Below, piece after piece: positions 46,737 through 56,773 of a DNA stretch of 64,000 bases. The stretch's first letter is position 1; each line of letters starts with the position of its first letter. The notes under the pieces are model-generated. The model saw only the letters and a program-made list of their open reading frames with translations. It did no database searches and was not told the origin of the DNA. The DNA comes from an uncultured Candidatus Saccharibacteria bacterium (GTDB lineage Bacteria; Patescibacteriota; Minisyncoccia; Phycocordibacterales; CSBR16-119), in contig CAYRQF010000001.1 of assembly GCA_964426385.1 (NCBI GenBank), positions 167,939 through 231,938 of the forward strand, in the 5' to 3' direction. The position numbers and the translations under genes are program-made.

Positions 46737-47261
46737 TTAATACATTATTTGTGAATCACGCGGGTCTGACGCATTAGCACTCGCACTAAATATTGCCATC
46801 ATTGCTTCATTACCACCACTCATACTATCCATAACGGCAACGTCTTTCTTTGGGTCAAATACTCCATCGCCATCGTCAGCATGAAGCATAGCATAGTATG
46901 TGGATCCATCTATCAACTTCTCGGTCGTGCCAATATCCTCGTTCGCATAGTTACCAGCTGCGAACCATTTCGATACTCCGATAATGTCGCCAGGCTTGCC
47001 CCCCATATCGTCATGGATAATGACGAATCCGGCCTTTTCGATATTGAGTGCGCTCATAAAGACAACATCTCCGAGCATCTGTTCCTGAACCACAATGGCA
47101 TTCGCCCCGAGCTTCATAAACTGTCCTGATGCTCCACCTGACGTGACATCGGTGGTGTTCTCCTCTGGAACCATAGGGTCTACTGCCTTATCCTTACCCG
47201 CGAATATAACTACTAAAACGATAATAATGACGGCTACTGGAATCCAAATTTTTGGGCTCAT
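46737..47261 (-). CDS. Hypothetical secreted protein
   Basis: 174 aa with an N-terminal signal anchor (IWIPVAVIIIVLVVIFA). Confidence 0.5.
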   Translation of the reverse strand: MSPKIWIPVAVIIIVLVVIFAGKDKAVDPMVPEENTTDVTSGGASGQFMKLGANAIVVQEQMLGDVVFMSALNIEKAGFVIIHDDMGGKPGDIIGVSKWFAAGNYANEDIGTTEKLIDGSTYYAMLHADDGDGVFDPKKDVAVMDSMSGGNEAMMAIFSASANASDPRDSQIMY

Positions 47262-47265
47262 ATAA

Positions 47266-48276
47266 TTAATTGTTTAAATCTTCTCCTAATACTTCGAAAT
47301 AATCTTCTATATATGCGAACATTGTATCACATGCGACAAATGCGATATTTAGCTCGCCATTTTTATTCTTATACTCTTTAAGACGCTTCAGACCCTTCAC
47401 TTCTTTCAAGAAATCCTTGATAGCGGACAATTGCATACCTGTCGAGGGCCCAACGAAGAATCCCTGTCTGATGAGCGCGAGGCTTTCTCGGAACGCTGGA
47501 ATCGTCTCGATCTTGGCTTCGTAGTCAACCACACTACTCCACGGGAAAGCGAGTTTTCTGACAGCGGCCTCACCTCGGGGGCCTGGGATGGCAAAGCCGG
47601 CTTTTATGTATGAAGTTAGGATTTTAATCTTCGGATTCTTTTTCTTCAAGAACTTACCTAATCCCACGACGGTTCCACCCGTTCCGAGACTAGTCATAAC
47701 AGCGCTGAGGCCCGGCCCCATCTGTTCGTATAGTTCCCTACCGATGATACTTCCGGAGGCTTTCGGATTATCGAGGTTCTCGTATTGGTTCAGGTTATAC
47801 CAGCCTTTCTTCTCGCCGAGCTTTTTTGCTTCATATATTCCTCCAATATTCGCACCTACGTCTGGCGAGGCGGGACCGTGCGAGATGATCGTGTTCGCTC
47901 CGACGAGCCGCAGGAAGTTTTTCTTGTTCTTCGGCACATCCGGCGTGATGATGGCGTGCATGTTCGGGATGCCGAAGTGTCTGGAAAGGATAGCTAGAGA
48001 CATGACGGTATTGCCTGAGGAATACTCGACGAGATTTTTGATTTTCTTGAGTTCTGTTTTTGGAATGCCTTCTAGCATGTACCAGGATGGGAGAGACTTG
48101 ATGTTCGCGAGTGGGATGCTCTGCGCGAGCTTGATGAATATGTTGACACCATCTTTATGAAAAGGGTTAAGCGCCGGCGGCAGTTCTACCAGTGGTGTTG
48201 GCCCGAGAGCTCCCGGACGGAGGTATTCTATTACCGCCCTATTCCCTTTAAATACTTTTTTCTCTGACTTTTTCAC
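47266..48276 (-). CDS. PLP-dependent cysteine synthase/CBS-family enzyme
   Basis: 336 aa; SSGNT is a PLP-binding motif of the cysteine synthase family, and the Gly-rich loop GTGGTVVG is present. Confidence 0.8.
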   Translation of the reverse strand: MKKSEKKVFKGNRAVIEYLRPGALGPTPLVELPPALNPFHKDGVNIFIKLAQSIPLANIKSLPSWYMLEGIPKTELKKIKNLVEYSSGNTVMSLAILSRHFGIPNMHAIITPDVPKNKKNFLRLVGANTIISHGPASPDVGANIGGIYEAKKLGEKKGWYNLNQYENLDNPKASGSIIGRELYEQMGPGLSAVMTSLGTGGTVVGLGKFLKKKNPKIKILTSYIKAGFAIPGPRGEAAVRKLAFPWSSVVDYEAKIETIPAFRESLALIRQGFFVGPSTGMQLSAIKDFLKEVKGLKRLKEYKNKNGELNIAFVACDTMFAYIEDYFEVLGEDLNN

Positions 48277-48285
48277 TAAGCCATT

Positions 48286-49065
48286 TTAGCATGTGATTTC
48301 TCCTTCAAACGCTTTTATTGCTGGACCTATCAGCCACACGTTTTCGAAGCCAGTTTTGGTACGAGTAAGTCTAACTTTGAGGTTTCCTCCACGAGCACGG
48401 ATGCTAAATTCATTTTCGTCACCTTCATCAAGACTTGTTGCTAGTGTCCCTGCCACAGCGACCGCTCCTGTACCGCAAGCGAGAGTTTCATCTTCGACGC
48501 CACGTTCGTATGTACGCATTTTTAACTCCTCACCACTCTCGACTATATTCACATTTATGCCCGTTGGGAAATCGGCCGAGTAACGGATACTTTTAGCATA
48601 TGGGATGAGATCGAAACTCTCAGTGTTCGAAACAGTCTCGACATAATGCGGACAGCCAGTATTGCAAACGAATCCCTTGTTATGGCTCGTCGGTGTTTCA
48701 AAGTCGGCTATACTGACAGACACTTCCCCATTTTCTAAAATTTTGGCTTTGTGTATTCCGTCGTGCGCAAGAAATGATATCTCTTCGTCGCCGAAAAGTC
48801 CCAAGTCTCGCGCAAAAGCCACTATCGATCGCGCGCCATTACCGCACATGGTCTCGTCGCCCTCCTGAGCGTTAAAATACCTCATGCGGAAAAGCGCCTC
48901 GTCGGTATTCTCGAGTAGTATTATCCCGTCAGCGCCAACGCCGGTGTGGCGATCGCATATAGAGCGGATCTTGTCGATCGAGATAACTCCGAAGACACCT
49001 TCTCGGTTATCGATCATTACAAAGTCATTCCCACAGCCATGATATTTTGAGAATTTTATGTTCAT
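48286..49065 (-). CDS. dapF: Diaminopimelate epimerase
   Basis: 259 aa; MNIKFSKYHGCGNDFVMID matches the DapF N-terminus with the catalytic Cys region. Confidence 0.9.
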   Translation of the reverse strand: MNIKFSKYHGCGNDFVMIDNREGVFGVISIDKIRSICDRHTGVGADGIILLENTDEALFRMRYFNAQEGDETMCGNGARSIVAFARDLGLFGDEEISFLAHDGIHKAKILENGEVSVSIADFETPTSHNKGFVCNTGCPHYVETVSNTESFDLIPYAKSIRYSADFPTGINVNIVESGEELKMRTYERGVEDETLACGTGAVAVAGTLATSLDEGDENEFSIRARGGNLKVRLTRTKTGFENVWLIGPAIKAFEGEITC

Positions 49066-49120
49066 AAGCTCAAGTATATCAAAATGAAGAAAGCCCCGAC
49101 GAGTCGGGGCTTTCCATTTT

Positions 49121-50908
49121 TTATGCCTGTTGTTTCTTGGCTTTGATTCGCTCAGCGTCGTTTAGGAATTGTTTACGTAGTCTAACTGAGATCGGCGTGA
49201 TCTCGAGGAACTCATCATCTGACATGATCTCTAGTCCTCTTTCGATAGAAAGTGTTAGTGGTGGTACGAGAGTGATCGCTTCGTCGTTTCCAGATGAACG
49301 GACGTTGGTTAGGTTCTTACCCTTGGTCGGGTTCACGAGCATCTCCTCGCCTTTGCTGGTGTTGCCGAGAACCATACCCTCATAGACCTCTGTCGATGGA
49401 CCGATATATAGAACACCGCGGTCCTGGAGATTCCAGAGAGAGTATCCGAGGGCCTTGCCCGTCGCCATCGATACCATCGATCCGACTGCACGCTTCTCTA
49501 TCGCACCGACGTATGGCTTGAAACCGATGACTCGGCTGGCAAAGATGCCTTCCCCTTTGGTGTCTACCATGAACTGTCCGCGATATCCGAGTAGTCCGCG
49601 AGTCGGACCTTCGAGCATGAGTCTTACCCGATCACCTTCTGGTTTGATGTTTGTGACATGTACAGCACGTCGAGAGAGCTTGTCGATGACAGCACCCTGA
49701 GCTTCGGCTGGGATCTCGATCGTGACTTCTTCGAAAGGCTCTGTTTTGTTACCACCCTCTTCTTTGATAATAACCTGTGGCTGTGAGACCTGCATCTCGA
49801 ACCCTTCGCGACGCATGTTCTCGAGTAGGATAGCGACGTGGAGTTCTCCACGGCCGAATACTTTCATCGTATCACCCTCGAAGTCTACACGGAGTCCGAC
49901 GTTGATCTCGAGCTCTTTGAGAAGTCGTTCGCGGATCTGGCGAGATGTTACGAATTTGCCTTCGCGTCCACCGAACGGCGAACTGTTGACGAGGAAGTTT
50001 AGGGCGATAGTTGGTTCATCGACTTTGATCGTTGGGAGCTCCTCGGTATCTTTGGAAACACAGATAGTATCTCCGATGTAGATATCAGGAATACCCGCCA
50101 TCAGGAATATATCGCCTGCCTCTACTTTGTCAGCTTCTTTTCTAGCAGTACCCTCAAATGTAAATAATTTCGTCACACGACCCTGGCCGATAGTGCCGTC
50201 ATGCTTTTTGATGAAAACGTTCGTGTTCGTTGCGAGCTCGCCCTCATATATGCGTCCGACTGCCATACGTCCGAAGAAGTTATCATAAGCCAGGTTAAAA
50301 GGCTGAGCTTTGAGTGGAAGAGTAGTATCATTTTTCGCCACAGGAACAGTCTCGAGTATTACGTCGAGAAGTGGGAAAATATCTTTCTTCTCGTCGTCCA
50401 TGCTTCGCATCGCTACACCCTGCTTGCCGATGGCATACACCGTCGTGAAGTTCAGCTGTTCTTCTGTAGCACCGAGCTCAAAGAATAGCTCAAAGACTTC
50501 GTCATGAGCACGCTTCGCATCAGCGGCTGGTTTATCAATTTTGTTGATCACCACGATAGGTTTGTGGCCAATCTCGAGTGACTTCTTCAAAACGAAACGA
50601 GTCTGAGGCATCGGGCCCTCCTGAGCATCGACGACGAGGAGGACGCAGTCGATAGAGCGAAGCACGCGCTCCACCTCAGAACCGAAGTCGGCGTGGCCTG
50701 GTGTGTCGACGATGTTTATCTTCGTACCCTTGTAATTGACTGAGGCGTTTTTCGCGTAAATAGTAATACCACGCTCCTTTTCGAGGTCGTTCGAGTCCAT
50801 GGATGTGGCGTCGTCTTTGACCATGCCAGTCTGGCGCATAATAGCGTCAGTAAGAGTAGTCTTGCCGTGGTCGACGTGAGCGATAATAGCTATGTTACGA
50901 ATTTCCAT
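49121..50908 (-). CDS. typA: Translational GTPase TypA/BipA
   Basis: 595 aa; [15 protein letters not shown]...DTPGHADF G-domain motifs and EF-G-like domains. Confidence 0.95.
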   Translation of the reverse strand: MEIRNIAIIAHVDHGKTTLTDAIMRQTGMVKDDATSMDSNDLEKERGITIYAKNASVNYKGTKINIVDTPGHADFGSEVERVLRSIDCVLLVVDAQEGPMPQTRFVLKKSLEIGHKPIVVINKIDKPAADAKRAHDEVFELFFELGATEEQLNFTTVYAIGKQGVAMRSMDDEKKDIFPLLDVILETVPVAKNDTTLPLKAQPFNLAYDNFFGRMAVGRIYEGELATNTNVFIKKHDGTIGQGRVTKLFTFEGTARKEADKVEAGDIFLMAGIPDIYIGDTICVSKDTEELPTIKVDEPTIALNFLVNSSPFGGREGKFVTSRQIRERLLKELEINVGLRVDFEGDTMKVFGRGELHVAILLENMRREGFEMQVSQPQVIIKEEGGNKTEPFEEVTIEIPAEAQGAVIDKLSRRAVHVTNIKPEGDRVRLMLEGPTRGLLGYRGQFMVDTKGEGIFASRVIGFKPYVGAIEKRAVGSMVSMATGKALGYSLWNLQDRGVLYIGPSTEVYEGMVLGNTSKGEEMLVNPTKGKNLTNVRSSGNDEAITLVPPLTLSIERGLEIMSDDEFLEITPISVRLRKQFLNDAERIKAKKQQA

Positions 50909-51003
50909 AAATTTTAGAAAAATAAGTTGTTCCCCTTATAAATAAAAGCCCCCGAGGGAGATAGGTCATTACAATACACTATATATATGATTTTGGGAAG
51001 CTC

Positions 51004-51552
51004 TTATTCGTCTCCGAAGTTTTCCTCGAGAAATTCAAAAAGTGTCTTGTATTCGAGCTCGCGTTTGACGAAACTTTCTGGCTCATTGGCTACCCTCTCG
51101 CGAAGTTCACGCCATGGGACGAATTCGACGGTGTCGACTTCTTCTTTCTGAAGTTTCAAATCCCTGATATCGATATCACGCTCGAGTAGATATATGTCAT
51201 CGAAATGATTGTTCGTTCCCTTGCCTGGACCCTTGTCCACCTGCACCTTTAGTTCGTCTATGACTATGAGTTCGGCAGGGTCAGCGGTAACACCTATCTC
51301 CTCACCGAGCTCTTTGACCGCAGCCTCTAGCTTAGACTCGCCGGCACTGACATGCCCCGCGGCAGATACATCAAACATCCCAGGATAATTCTCAACTTTT
51401 GTCGATCTCCTCTGAAGCAATAATTCTCCTTTGGAATTTAAAATCCAGACATGTACACATCGGTGCCATATCCCATTAGCGTGGACCTCTTTGCGGCCCA
51501 TCACTTCGCCTGTCGCATTACCCTTCTCATCTAGTACATCTAATAGTTCCAT
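51004..51552 (-). CDS. NUDIX hydrolase
   Basis: 182 aa with the Nudix box GHVSAGESKLEAAVKELGEEIGV. Confidence 0.85.
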   Translation of the reverse strand: MELLDVLDEKGNATGEVMGRKEVHANGIWHRCVHVWILNSKGELLLQRRSTKVENYPGMFDVSAAGHVSAGESKLEAAVKELGEEIGVTADPAELIVIDELKVQVDKGPGKGTNNHFDDIYLLERDIDIRDLKLQKEEVDTVEFVPWRELRERVANEPESFVKRELEYKTLFEFLEENFGDE

Positions 51553-51647
51553 GACCTCATTTTAACACTTTTTTAGACATTTGCTTTTTCGGCCCTGTGA
51601 GCCTAGTATCAAATAGAAACAACGTTCTAAACACAACGCCACCTGAC

Positions 51648-52406
51648 ATGAAGACCTTGCGCGACATAAGAACAAAGGCGGATTTCAAGATCGTCACTGA
51701 TCGGATCATCCAAGCACCCCGATACCGCAAGCCCGAAGCCTTCGGTCTCGGACTAGCTCACCTCGGTAGAGATGGACGCGTACTAGCTGTTCGGTTCCCG
51801 CATGTTAACCTCCGCGAGAATTTCGGCAGCGCTGCTGTGTTCAAAAGAGCATCAACAAGATGCAAGAAGTTGACCCAAGGAAAGGGTGTCATGACATACC
51901 TCTTGGATATCGATGCGCTACACACGATGGAGGAAGCATTCACGCCGTACCGTAAGGAAAGCGAGGCCCATCCCAACATTCGCGCTCTCAGCCAACTCCG
52001 CGCTATGAAGAGCAAAGGCGTTCACGGCAACTGCGAGATCATTGCGGTGTTCAACTACGACCTGCAGAGTCCGGTTTCGTGCACGAGCGACGCCTATCTG
52101 CGCCTACACCTCCTGTCGACGGGCGCACTTATGCCCCAAGACCTGCATCTCAAGGGACTTCGTCATCACCTGACCAAGTGCGCTTGGACTAACGATGGCC
52201 CTGTTGAAGCGGAACACTTCGATCAGGTGAATCACAACTATGTTCTCGAACATGGGGTGAATTTGCGGGTCGAGTCGGTTCATGAGCTACCGAGCCTGCT
52301 CGAGTTCATCGTATCGCCAAACATACGCGTGATCGACAGAAACATACGCCTAGGCGCGCATCCGTCAACAAGCATCATGGTCATGCCAGAAGAGCTCAAC
52401 TGGTGA
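51648..52406 (+). CDS. Hypothetical protein (GC-rich)
   Basis: The start is placed at ATG 51648 (MKTLRDIR...), downstream of a TTGCTT-17-TAGTAT promoter-like sequence. The track ORF begins at 51597, inside that putative -10 box. A strong terminator follows. Confidence 0.5.
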   Translation: MKTLRDIRTKADFKIVTDRIIQAPRYRKPEAFGLGLAHLGRDGRVLAVRFPHVNLRENFGSAAVFKRASTRCKKLTQGKGVMTYLLDIDALHTMEEAFTPYRKESEAHPNIRALSQLRAMKSKGVHGNCEIIAVFNYDLQSPVSCTSDAYLRLHLLSTGALMPQDLHLKGLRHHLTKCAWTNDGPVEAEHFDQVNHNYVLEHGVNLRVESVHELPSLLEFIVSPNIRVIDRNIRLGAHPSTSIMVMPEELNW

Positions 52407-52425
52407 TGACAGCACCTCTAACGAA

Positions 52426-52460
52426 GAACGCCCCGGATGATCCGGGGCGTTCATGCTTTT
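52426..52460. terminator. Bidirectional rho-independent terminator
   Basis: GAACGCCCCGGAT(G)ATCCGGGGCGTTC is a near-perfect 13-bp palindrome with T-rich flanks on both strands. It sits between convergent genes. Confidence 0.7.
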
Positions 52461-52465
52461 ACATA

Positions 52466-52873
52466 CTATGACATCGGCTTCAACGGCTGATGAATGCCGA
52501 AAACATTTTTCTCGGTATCGAGATAGTACGCCTGCCAAGCCATACCAGCGAGATCCATTTTTGGTACAGCACATATAGAACCTGCTTCTTCGAGAGTCCG
52601 AATTGTCGCGTCGATATCCTCGACAACGATAGTGCAAACATACCCCGTGACACCCTGACGAGGCTTTACTGGGTCGCATTCGGCTGGACGCTTCAGGAGT
52701 CCGCCGTTGATACCAGGCTCGGTAGAGTCTTTGGGTGCAGTCATGATCATCCAATACTCCGTGTCACCTCCCTTCCACTCGACGAATTCCCAGCCGAAAA
52801 TTTTCTTGTAGAAATCCATCGTACGATTTAGGTCGTCTGCTTGGATCTCAAAATGTGACACTCTGTTAGACAT
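52466..52873 (-). CDS. VOC (glyoxalase/bleomycin-resistance/dioxygenase) family protein
   Basis: 135 aa; MSNRVSHFEIQADDLNRTMDFYKKIFGWEF... is the typical VOC beta-alpha-beta-beta-beta N-terminus. Confidence 0.75.
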   Translation of the reverse strand: MSNRVSHFEIQADDLNRTMDFYKKIFGWEFVEWKGGDTEYWMIMTAPKDSTEPGINGGLLKRPAECDPVKPRQGVTGYVCTIVVEDIDATIRTLEEAGSICAVPKMDLAGMAWQAYYLDTEKNVFGIHQPLKPMS

Positions 52874-52985
52874 ATATTCTTAGATTATTTTTTAATTTAC
52901 TTAGTGATTATATCACTAACACTCGTTATAATATTTATTTGACCTACCAGATATTCTATGGTATCGTCTCACAAAACACATTCAC

Positions 52986-53291
52986 ATGCTGGGAGAACAT
53001 GGAAGGCACCAAGAAAGGGTCGTCTCTGAAAGAAATTACAAGCTGGTTGTCGGCTTAGCAATAGTGCTAGTGATCGTACTAGCAAGCATGCTGACTGCGC
53101 TCGGCCTGAAGCTTCAGGACGACGCCGCAGAGAATCTGGCACTGGAGAAGCGCTTGGCAACCTGTGAGCAGGAGAAAGCCAATCTGGCTACTGAACTCAA
53201 GTACTGCCGTAACATCAACACGCCGAGCGGTGATGCCGTCCTGGGACCTGATGGACAGCCCGACAAATGGGAGATCCGCGACAGCAACTGA
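52986..53291 (+). CDS. Small membrane-anchored coiled-coil protein (GC-rich)
   Basis: 101 aa with a TM helix (LVVGLAIVLVIVLASMLTAL) followed by a coiled coil. A TTGACC-17-TATCGT promoter-like sequence lies upstream. Confidence 0.5.
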   Translation: MLGEHGRHQERVVSERNYKLVVGLAIVLVIVLASMLTALGLKLQDDAAENLALEKRLATCEQEKANLATELKYCRNINTPSGDAVLGPDGQPDKWEIRDSN

Positions 53292-53312
53292 GCACATCAA
53301 CAACCAACGAAC

Positions 53313-53534
53313 ATGTCCCAGACACAAACCGATCAAGAAGTTGCCCTATGGGCTACTCGCGATGGTGACCTTATCACTTACCGAAATGAAACGTGGGTAT
53401 TCCACGAAAAACCGGCGGGTGATACAGGTCTCGAAGCTGGCGACCCCGTCCCGAAACAACTCTACAAGGACAGGACCCACAAGAACAAAGCCGCCGAAAG
53501 TGCTGATCTCGATGGTGAATGTCCTGGAATGTGA
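53313..53534 (+). CDS. Small hypothetical protein (73 aa)
   Basis: Begins 22 bp downstream of the previous gene and is followed by a strong terminator. Confidence 0.45.
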   Translation: MSQTQTDQEVALWATRDGDLITYRNETWVFHEKPAGDTGLEAGDPVPKQLYKDRTHKNKAAESADLDGECPGM

Positions 53535-53553
53535 GACCCTGCACAACCCCGAG

Positions 53554-53586
53554 CAAGCCCCGATCCGTCGGGGCTTGTCTTATTTC
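53554..53586. terminator. Bidirectional rho-independent terminator
   Basis: CAAGCCCCGA TCCG TCGGGGCTTG (10-bp stem) followed by TCTTATTT. Confidence 0.7.
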
Positions 53587-54098
53587 AATAGTTCTAAAAT
53601 CTTATTAGCTATATCTTCGGAGTTCATCTCATATGTATCAAGTACCGCAGTATGTTCTGGGACATAACACTCCACACCGAGGAGTTGTTGGTACTGTTCG
53701 ACGCTTTTGATCGAGAGCTTCATGCCAGTCGACTTCGAGTCAGCGAGACGCTTCGTATATCGTTCGATCAATATGTCGTGTGGGGTTTCGAGTCTGACAC
53801 CGACATACTCATGTCCATGAGTTTCAGCTAAAGTTCTGATATGTTTATAGTCCTCCTCGTTAAATATTGGCGCATCGAGAAGTATAGAGAGTGGCAATTT
53901 GCAGACAGTCTCGAGAAGCCCGAAGACGATATCTTTCCTCATGTGTCCGTGCTTCTCACGATCATAGTTCGAAATCTGCCATTTCAGTTTATCTGATGAG
54001 ACAGTGAACATGTCTGGTATTTTCTCAGCCAAGATTTTCGACAAAGTTGTTTTGCCTGAACACGATGGACCTGATATATGTAGTAAGAATTTTTTCAT
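53580..54098 (-). CDS. P-loop NTPase, putative small-molecule/nucleotide kinase (AAA_33/zeta-toxin/CPT-like)
   Basis: The start is placed at MKKFLLHISGPSCSGKTTL (Walker A); the track ORF extends to 54146. The protein is about 172 aa. Confidence 0.65.
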   Translation of the reverse strand: MKKFLLHISGPSCSGKTTLSKILAEKIPDMFTVSSDKLKWQISNYDREKHGHMRKDIVFGLLETVCKLPLSILLDAPIFNEEDYKHIRTLAETHGHEYVGVRLETPHDILIERYTKRLADSKSTGMKLSIKSVEQYQQLLGVECYVPEHTAVLDTYEMNSEDIANKILELLK

Positions 54099-54099
54099 A

Positions 54100-54447
54100 T
54101 TATTTTTCTGTTTCAAATTCAAACGCCATGATTCCAAACTGGGCAAGACGCTCCGGATATCCTGGGAATAGCAAGTATTTGGCTTTTAGTTCTTCGGCTG
54201 TTGTCACTAGTGGATTAATATCCTCGGGTTTGTAGACCTCGAGCATCTTGTCGATACTTTCGAATTTCTGGACTTTTCTTACCACACGTTCGAACGTATC
54301 CCCACCACACTCGATGATGACTGTATCGCCGACAACGATATTCTCATATTTCGGCCCGCCAGCGCGAGTCTCGATACGCTTCTCTCCGCTCTTGATGAAA
54401 TCAAAAGTCTGTCGGTATTTGGTTTCTAGAGGGAATGTGTATTTCAT
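54100..54447 (-). CDS. ASCH (PUA-like) domain protein
   Basis: 115 aa; ...FDFIKSGEKRIETR... with a beta-barrel-like pattern. It shows stop/start overlap with its neighbours. Confidence 0.7.
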   Translation of the reverse strand: MKYTFPLETKYRQTFDFIKSGEKRIETRAGGPKYENIVVGDTVIIECGGDTFERVVRKVQKFESIDKMLEVYKPEDINPLVTTAEELKAKYLLFPGYPERLAQFGIMAFEFETEK

Positions 54448-54448
54448 A

Positions 54449-54838
54449 TTATTTTTGATTCATCTCTATAAAAGTCTTGGTTCGTTCATTAATATCTCGC
54501 TTCAAGAATTCCTCAGCCGTAATCCATTCGAACTGGTCATGTTCCCAACTGATAGTTACTTCGTCAGTGTCAGACACACAGGTATAACAGATAGTGATGA
54601 TGTAGTCCCCGCCACTCGAACTACCGGCCACAACATGAAGAAGCTTCATATCGCCTACTTCCAAATCAGTTTCTTCTTTGATTTCACGTTTGATTGCCTC
54701 GACGAGGTCTTCGCCCTCTTCCACTAGCCCGCCTGGAAGATCCCACTGAAAAGGCTTTGTCGGATGTGTCTCCGAACGCCTCAGTCCAAGATACTTTCCT
54801 TCTTTATTCAAAACTAGTGCTTTAACAGATACTTTCAT
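54449..54838 (-). CDS. NUDIX hydrolase
   Basis: 129 aa with the Nudix box GGLVEEGEDLVEAIKREIKEETDL. Confidence 0.85.
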   Translation of the reverse strand: MKVSVKALVLNKEGKYLGLRRSETHPTKPFQWDLPGGLVEEGEDLVEAIKREIKEETDLEVGDMKLLHVVAGSSSGGDYIITICYTCVSDTDEVTISWEHDQFEWITAEEFLKRDINERTKTFIEMNQK

Positions 54839-54841
54839 AAC

Positions 54842-55609
54842 TTACATTCTTTCAATAAATATATTCTTTACAAACGCACGTTCAGAATTCGAATTCCTTA
54901 AACCAACTGCTCCAAAATCAAAATCGACATTCTGAGTATATGTGATTGTGTTATGTCCACTTGAATTAGTTTCGCTCCTGGTAACTTTTATACTTGGGGG
55001 TATTATGAAAGATCTATCACAAACTGTGTTTTCATTTTTGTCTAAAATTAATATCTTCACATCTCTCTTTTCGCAAGTAACAAGCAATTTATACCAACTG
55101 TCGAGACTTAGTACTTTTTCTAAAGTTACGTCATCGGCAGCTATCCACTCTCCATTTATCCTTAGATGAGGTCTAATGCGATCTATAAATATTTGGTACA
55201 TAACACCATTAGATAAATTATCAGCCCTTACAATAAAACCAATTGAAGTAGATATTATTTTAAAATCAAATTTATATATATAATCATCCCAATTGAGAGT
55301 TTTTGGTAAAATAAACCCAGCATCAGAATTTGTAATTTCAAAGCATTTTCCATTTCTAGAGAATCTTAAATTTCCTCTTCCGACAAAATCTTTATCTTGA
55401 CCAGAGTGGTCAAGGGATAAAAAATAAAAGGTTTTGTCTTTTGTTCTCAAATAAATAATAAAGAATGTGGAAAACAAGAAAATCACGAGAGATACCAGAA
55501 AAGCTTGTTTTTGAGAGAGCTTCACAAATGCGAGAAATATTGTAATTATATTTACAATAAGCGTAATGAATTCGTATTGGTAACTCTTAATAAATACTTT
55601 AAATTTCAT
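54842..55609 (-). CDS. Hypothetical membrane-anchored protein; very AT-rich gene
   Basis: 255 aa with two N-terminal TM helices and a beta-rich C-terminal domain. The gene is conspicuously AT-rich compared with its neighbours. Confidence 0.5.
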   Translation of the reverse strand: MKFKVFIKSYQYEFITLIVNIITIFLAFVKLSQKQAFLVSLVIFLFSTFFIIYLRTKDKTFYFLSLDHSGQDKDFVGRGNLRFSRNGKCFEITNSDAGFILPKTLNWDDYIYKFDFKIISTSIGFIVRADNLSNGVMYQIFIDRIRPHLRINGEWIAADDVTLEKVLSLDSWYKLLVTCEKRDVKILILDKNENTVCDRSFIIPPSIKVTRSETNSSGHNTITYTQNVDFDFGAVGLRNSNSERAFVKNIFIERM

Positions 55610-55778
55610 TATATTGATTCTTAGTACCGATGGGCCTTAGTGAATTATATAGCATCTGTTAATTCTACCATTCCCAGCTATTCGAAAACAGGTGGGGTCT
55701 TTTTGACCCAAAAAAGATTTGGTGGTACTGTTTAGCCGAATTGCCCCACAATAATGTGGGGCATAAAAACCACAACCC

Positions 55779-56162
55779 ATGGATATTTTGCAACGGTACC
55801 TTTCGGGACAGAAAGTGAGTATTGATCAGATGAGAAGCGCTTCGTTTGACGACATACTCGAACTCAAGATCCAGGTTGATGCTGACATTGCCGGGATAAG
55901 TATACAGCTCGATCGAGCCAAAGAAGACGTAAGGTTGCACGGTACGTATTCGGACCCATCATGGTTTAACAGTGCAACCATGGCCAAGAAAATGAAAGGT
56001 GTCCTCTCACAAACGATCCAAAACGTACTCGGCCAAAGGAGAAGAGTCGAGGACGAAGAGAGGCGAAAGTCCTTTGAAGGTCGAGTCATCCTAGCCATGA
56101 GGGAGCAGCTGGAGCCTGAAGTTGTGTCGGCCATCCTGAAGAGAACCAAAGAGCTGGCGTAG
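55779..56162 (+). CDS. Small hypothetical cytoplasmic protein (127 aa), GC-rich
   Basis: ORF followed by the hairpin terminator at 56192-56222. A perfect 7-bp hairpin (CCCCACA ATAA TGTGGGG) lies about 40 nt upstream. Confidence 0.5.
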   Translation: MDILQRYLSGQKVSIDQMRSASFDDILELKIQVDADIAGISIQLDRAKEDVRLHGTYSDPSWFNSATMAKKMKGVLSQTIQNVLGQRRRVEDEERRKSFEGRVILAMREQLEPEVVSAILKRTKELA

Positions 56163-56191
56163 CAACCGAAGCAAGAGGAATCCCCTCGGAA

Positions 56192-56222
56192 CCCCGCCCA
56201 CAAAGCGGGGTTCTTCTTTTGT
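56192..56222 (+). terminator. Rho-independent terminator (CCCCGC-CCACAAA-GCGGGG plus T-tract)
   Basis: 6-bp GC stem followed by TTCTTCTTTTGTTT, which runs into the next promoter's -35 box. Confidence 0.65.
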
Positions 56223-56251
56223 TTGACAGCAACCGAGTCAAAACATATTAT
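56223..56251 (+). promoter_or_regulatory. Near-consensus sigma70 promoter TTGACA-17-TATTAT
   Basis: -35 at 56223-56228 and -10 at 56246-56251, 18 bp upstream of ATG 56270. Confidence 0.6.
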
Positions 56252-56269
56252 TGTAAAAAACCACCGATC

Positions 56270-56674
56270 ATGGACGAGATCCTAAGAATCCGCATTACGG
56301 TAGGACATGTGATGTTCACCCTGCTTCTTTTCGGAGTCATTTGGGCAGTGTGCAATCTGAGGAAAGGATCTGGCGACAGGTCGTCAAAATCTCTTCCGAA
56401 AGTGAAGCGCCACCTGCCTAACAACGAACTCCTGGCGTTCTCGGACTTCGTCCTGCGAAACCTTCGAGGACAAAGCTTCCGGGATAAAAGCCGGATGGAT
56501 GTCGAGACACTGATCTGCAAAGCCATCGACAGCACTCGACATCAGTACAGTATCGTGATCATGCTCCCCTTGCCCGACATCGACGAATATTTCGATGAGC
56601 TCGTTGACGATGTTCTCCAGTCACTTGTCCGGGAGCGCTTGATATCCGAGAAACTCGTTGCTTTACCGCAATGA
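56270..56674 (+). CDS. Small hypothetical protein with an N-terminal TM helix (134 aa)
   Basis: The start is placed at ATG 56270 (MDEILRIRITVGHVMFTLLLFGVIWAV...), downstream of the promoter. The track ORF's start at 56219 lies inside the upstream terminator. Confidence 0.5.
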   Translation: MDEILRIRITVGHVMFTLLLFGVIWAVCNLRKGSGDRSSKSLPKVKRHLPNNELLAFSDFVLRNLRGQSFRDKSRMDVETLICKAIDSTRHQYSIVIMLPLPDIDEYFDELVDDVLQSLVRERLISEKLVALPQ

Positions 56675-56689
56675 AGATGCTCTTACGCA

Positions 56690-56727
56690 GAAGCCCCCGC
56701 CATCCGGCGGGGGCTTCTTCTTTGTTT
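56690..56727 (+). terminator. Rho-independent terminator (GAAGCCCCCGCC-ATCC-GGCGGGGGCTTC plus T-tract)
   Basis: Perfect 12-bp stem followed by TTCTTTGTTT. It is almost identical to the terminator at 57664-57699. Confidence 0.7.
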
Positions 56728-56754
56728 GACAAAAACGTTTTTTAATAGTATCAT
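56726..56754 (+). promoter_or_regulatory. Near-consensus sigma70 promoter TTGACA-17-TATCAT
   Basis: -35 at 56726-56731 and -10 at 56749-56754, followed by ATG 56774. Confidence 0.6.
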
Positions 56755-56773
56755 CACGTTATATCTAACAACC

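Noticed and set aside
51597-51647. Upstream extension of the 51648-52406 gene to the ATG at 51597
   Set aside because: That ATG lies inside the predicted -10 region (TAGTAT) of the gene's own promoter-like sequence. The next in-frame ATG, at 51648, is adopted instead.
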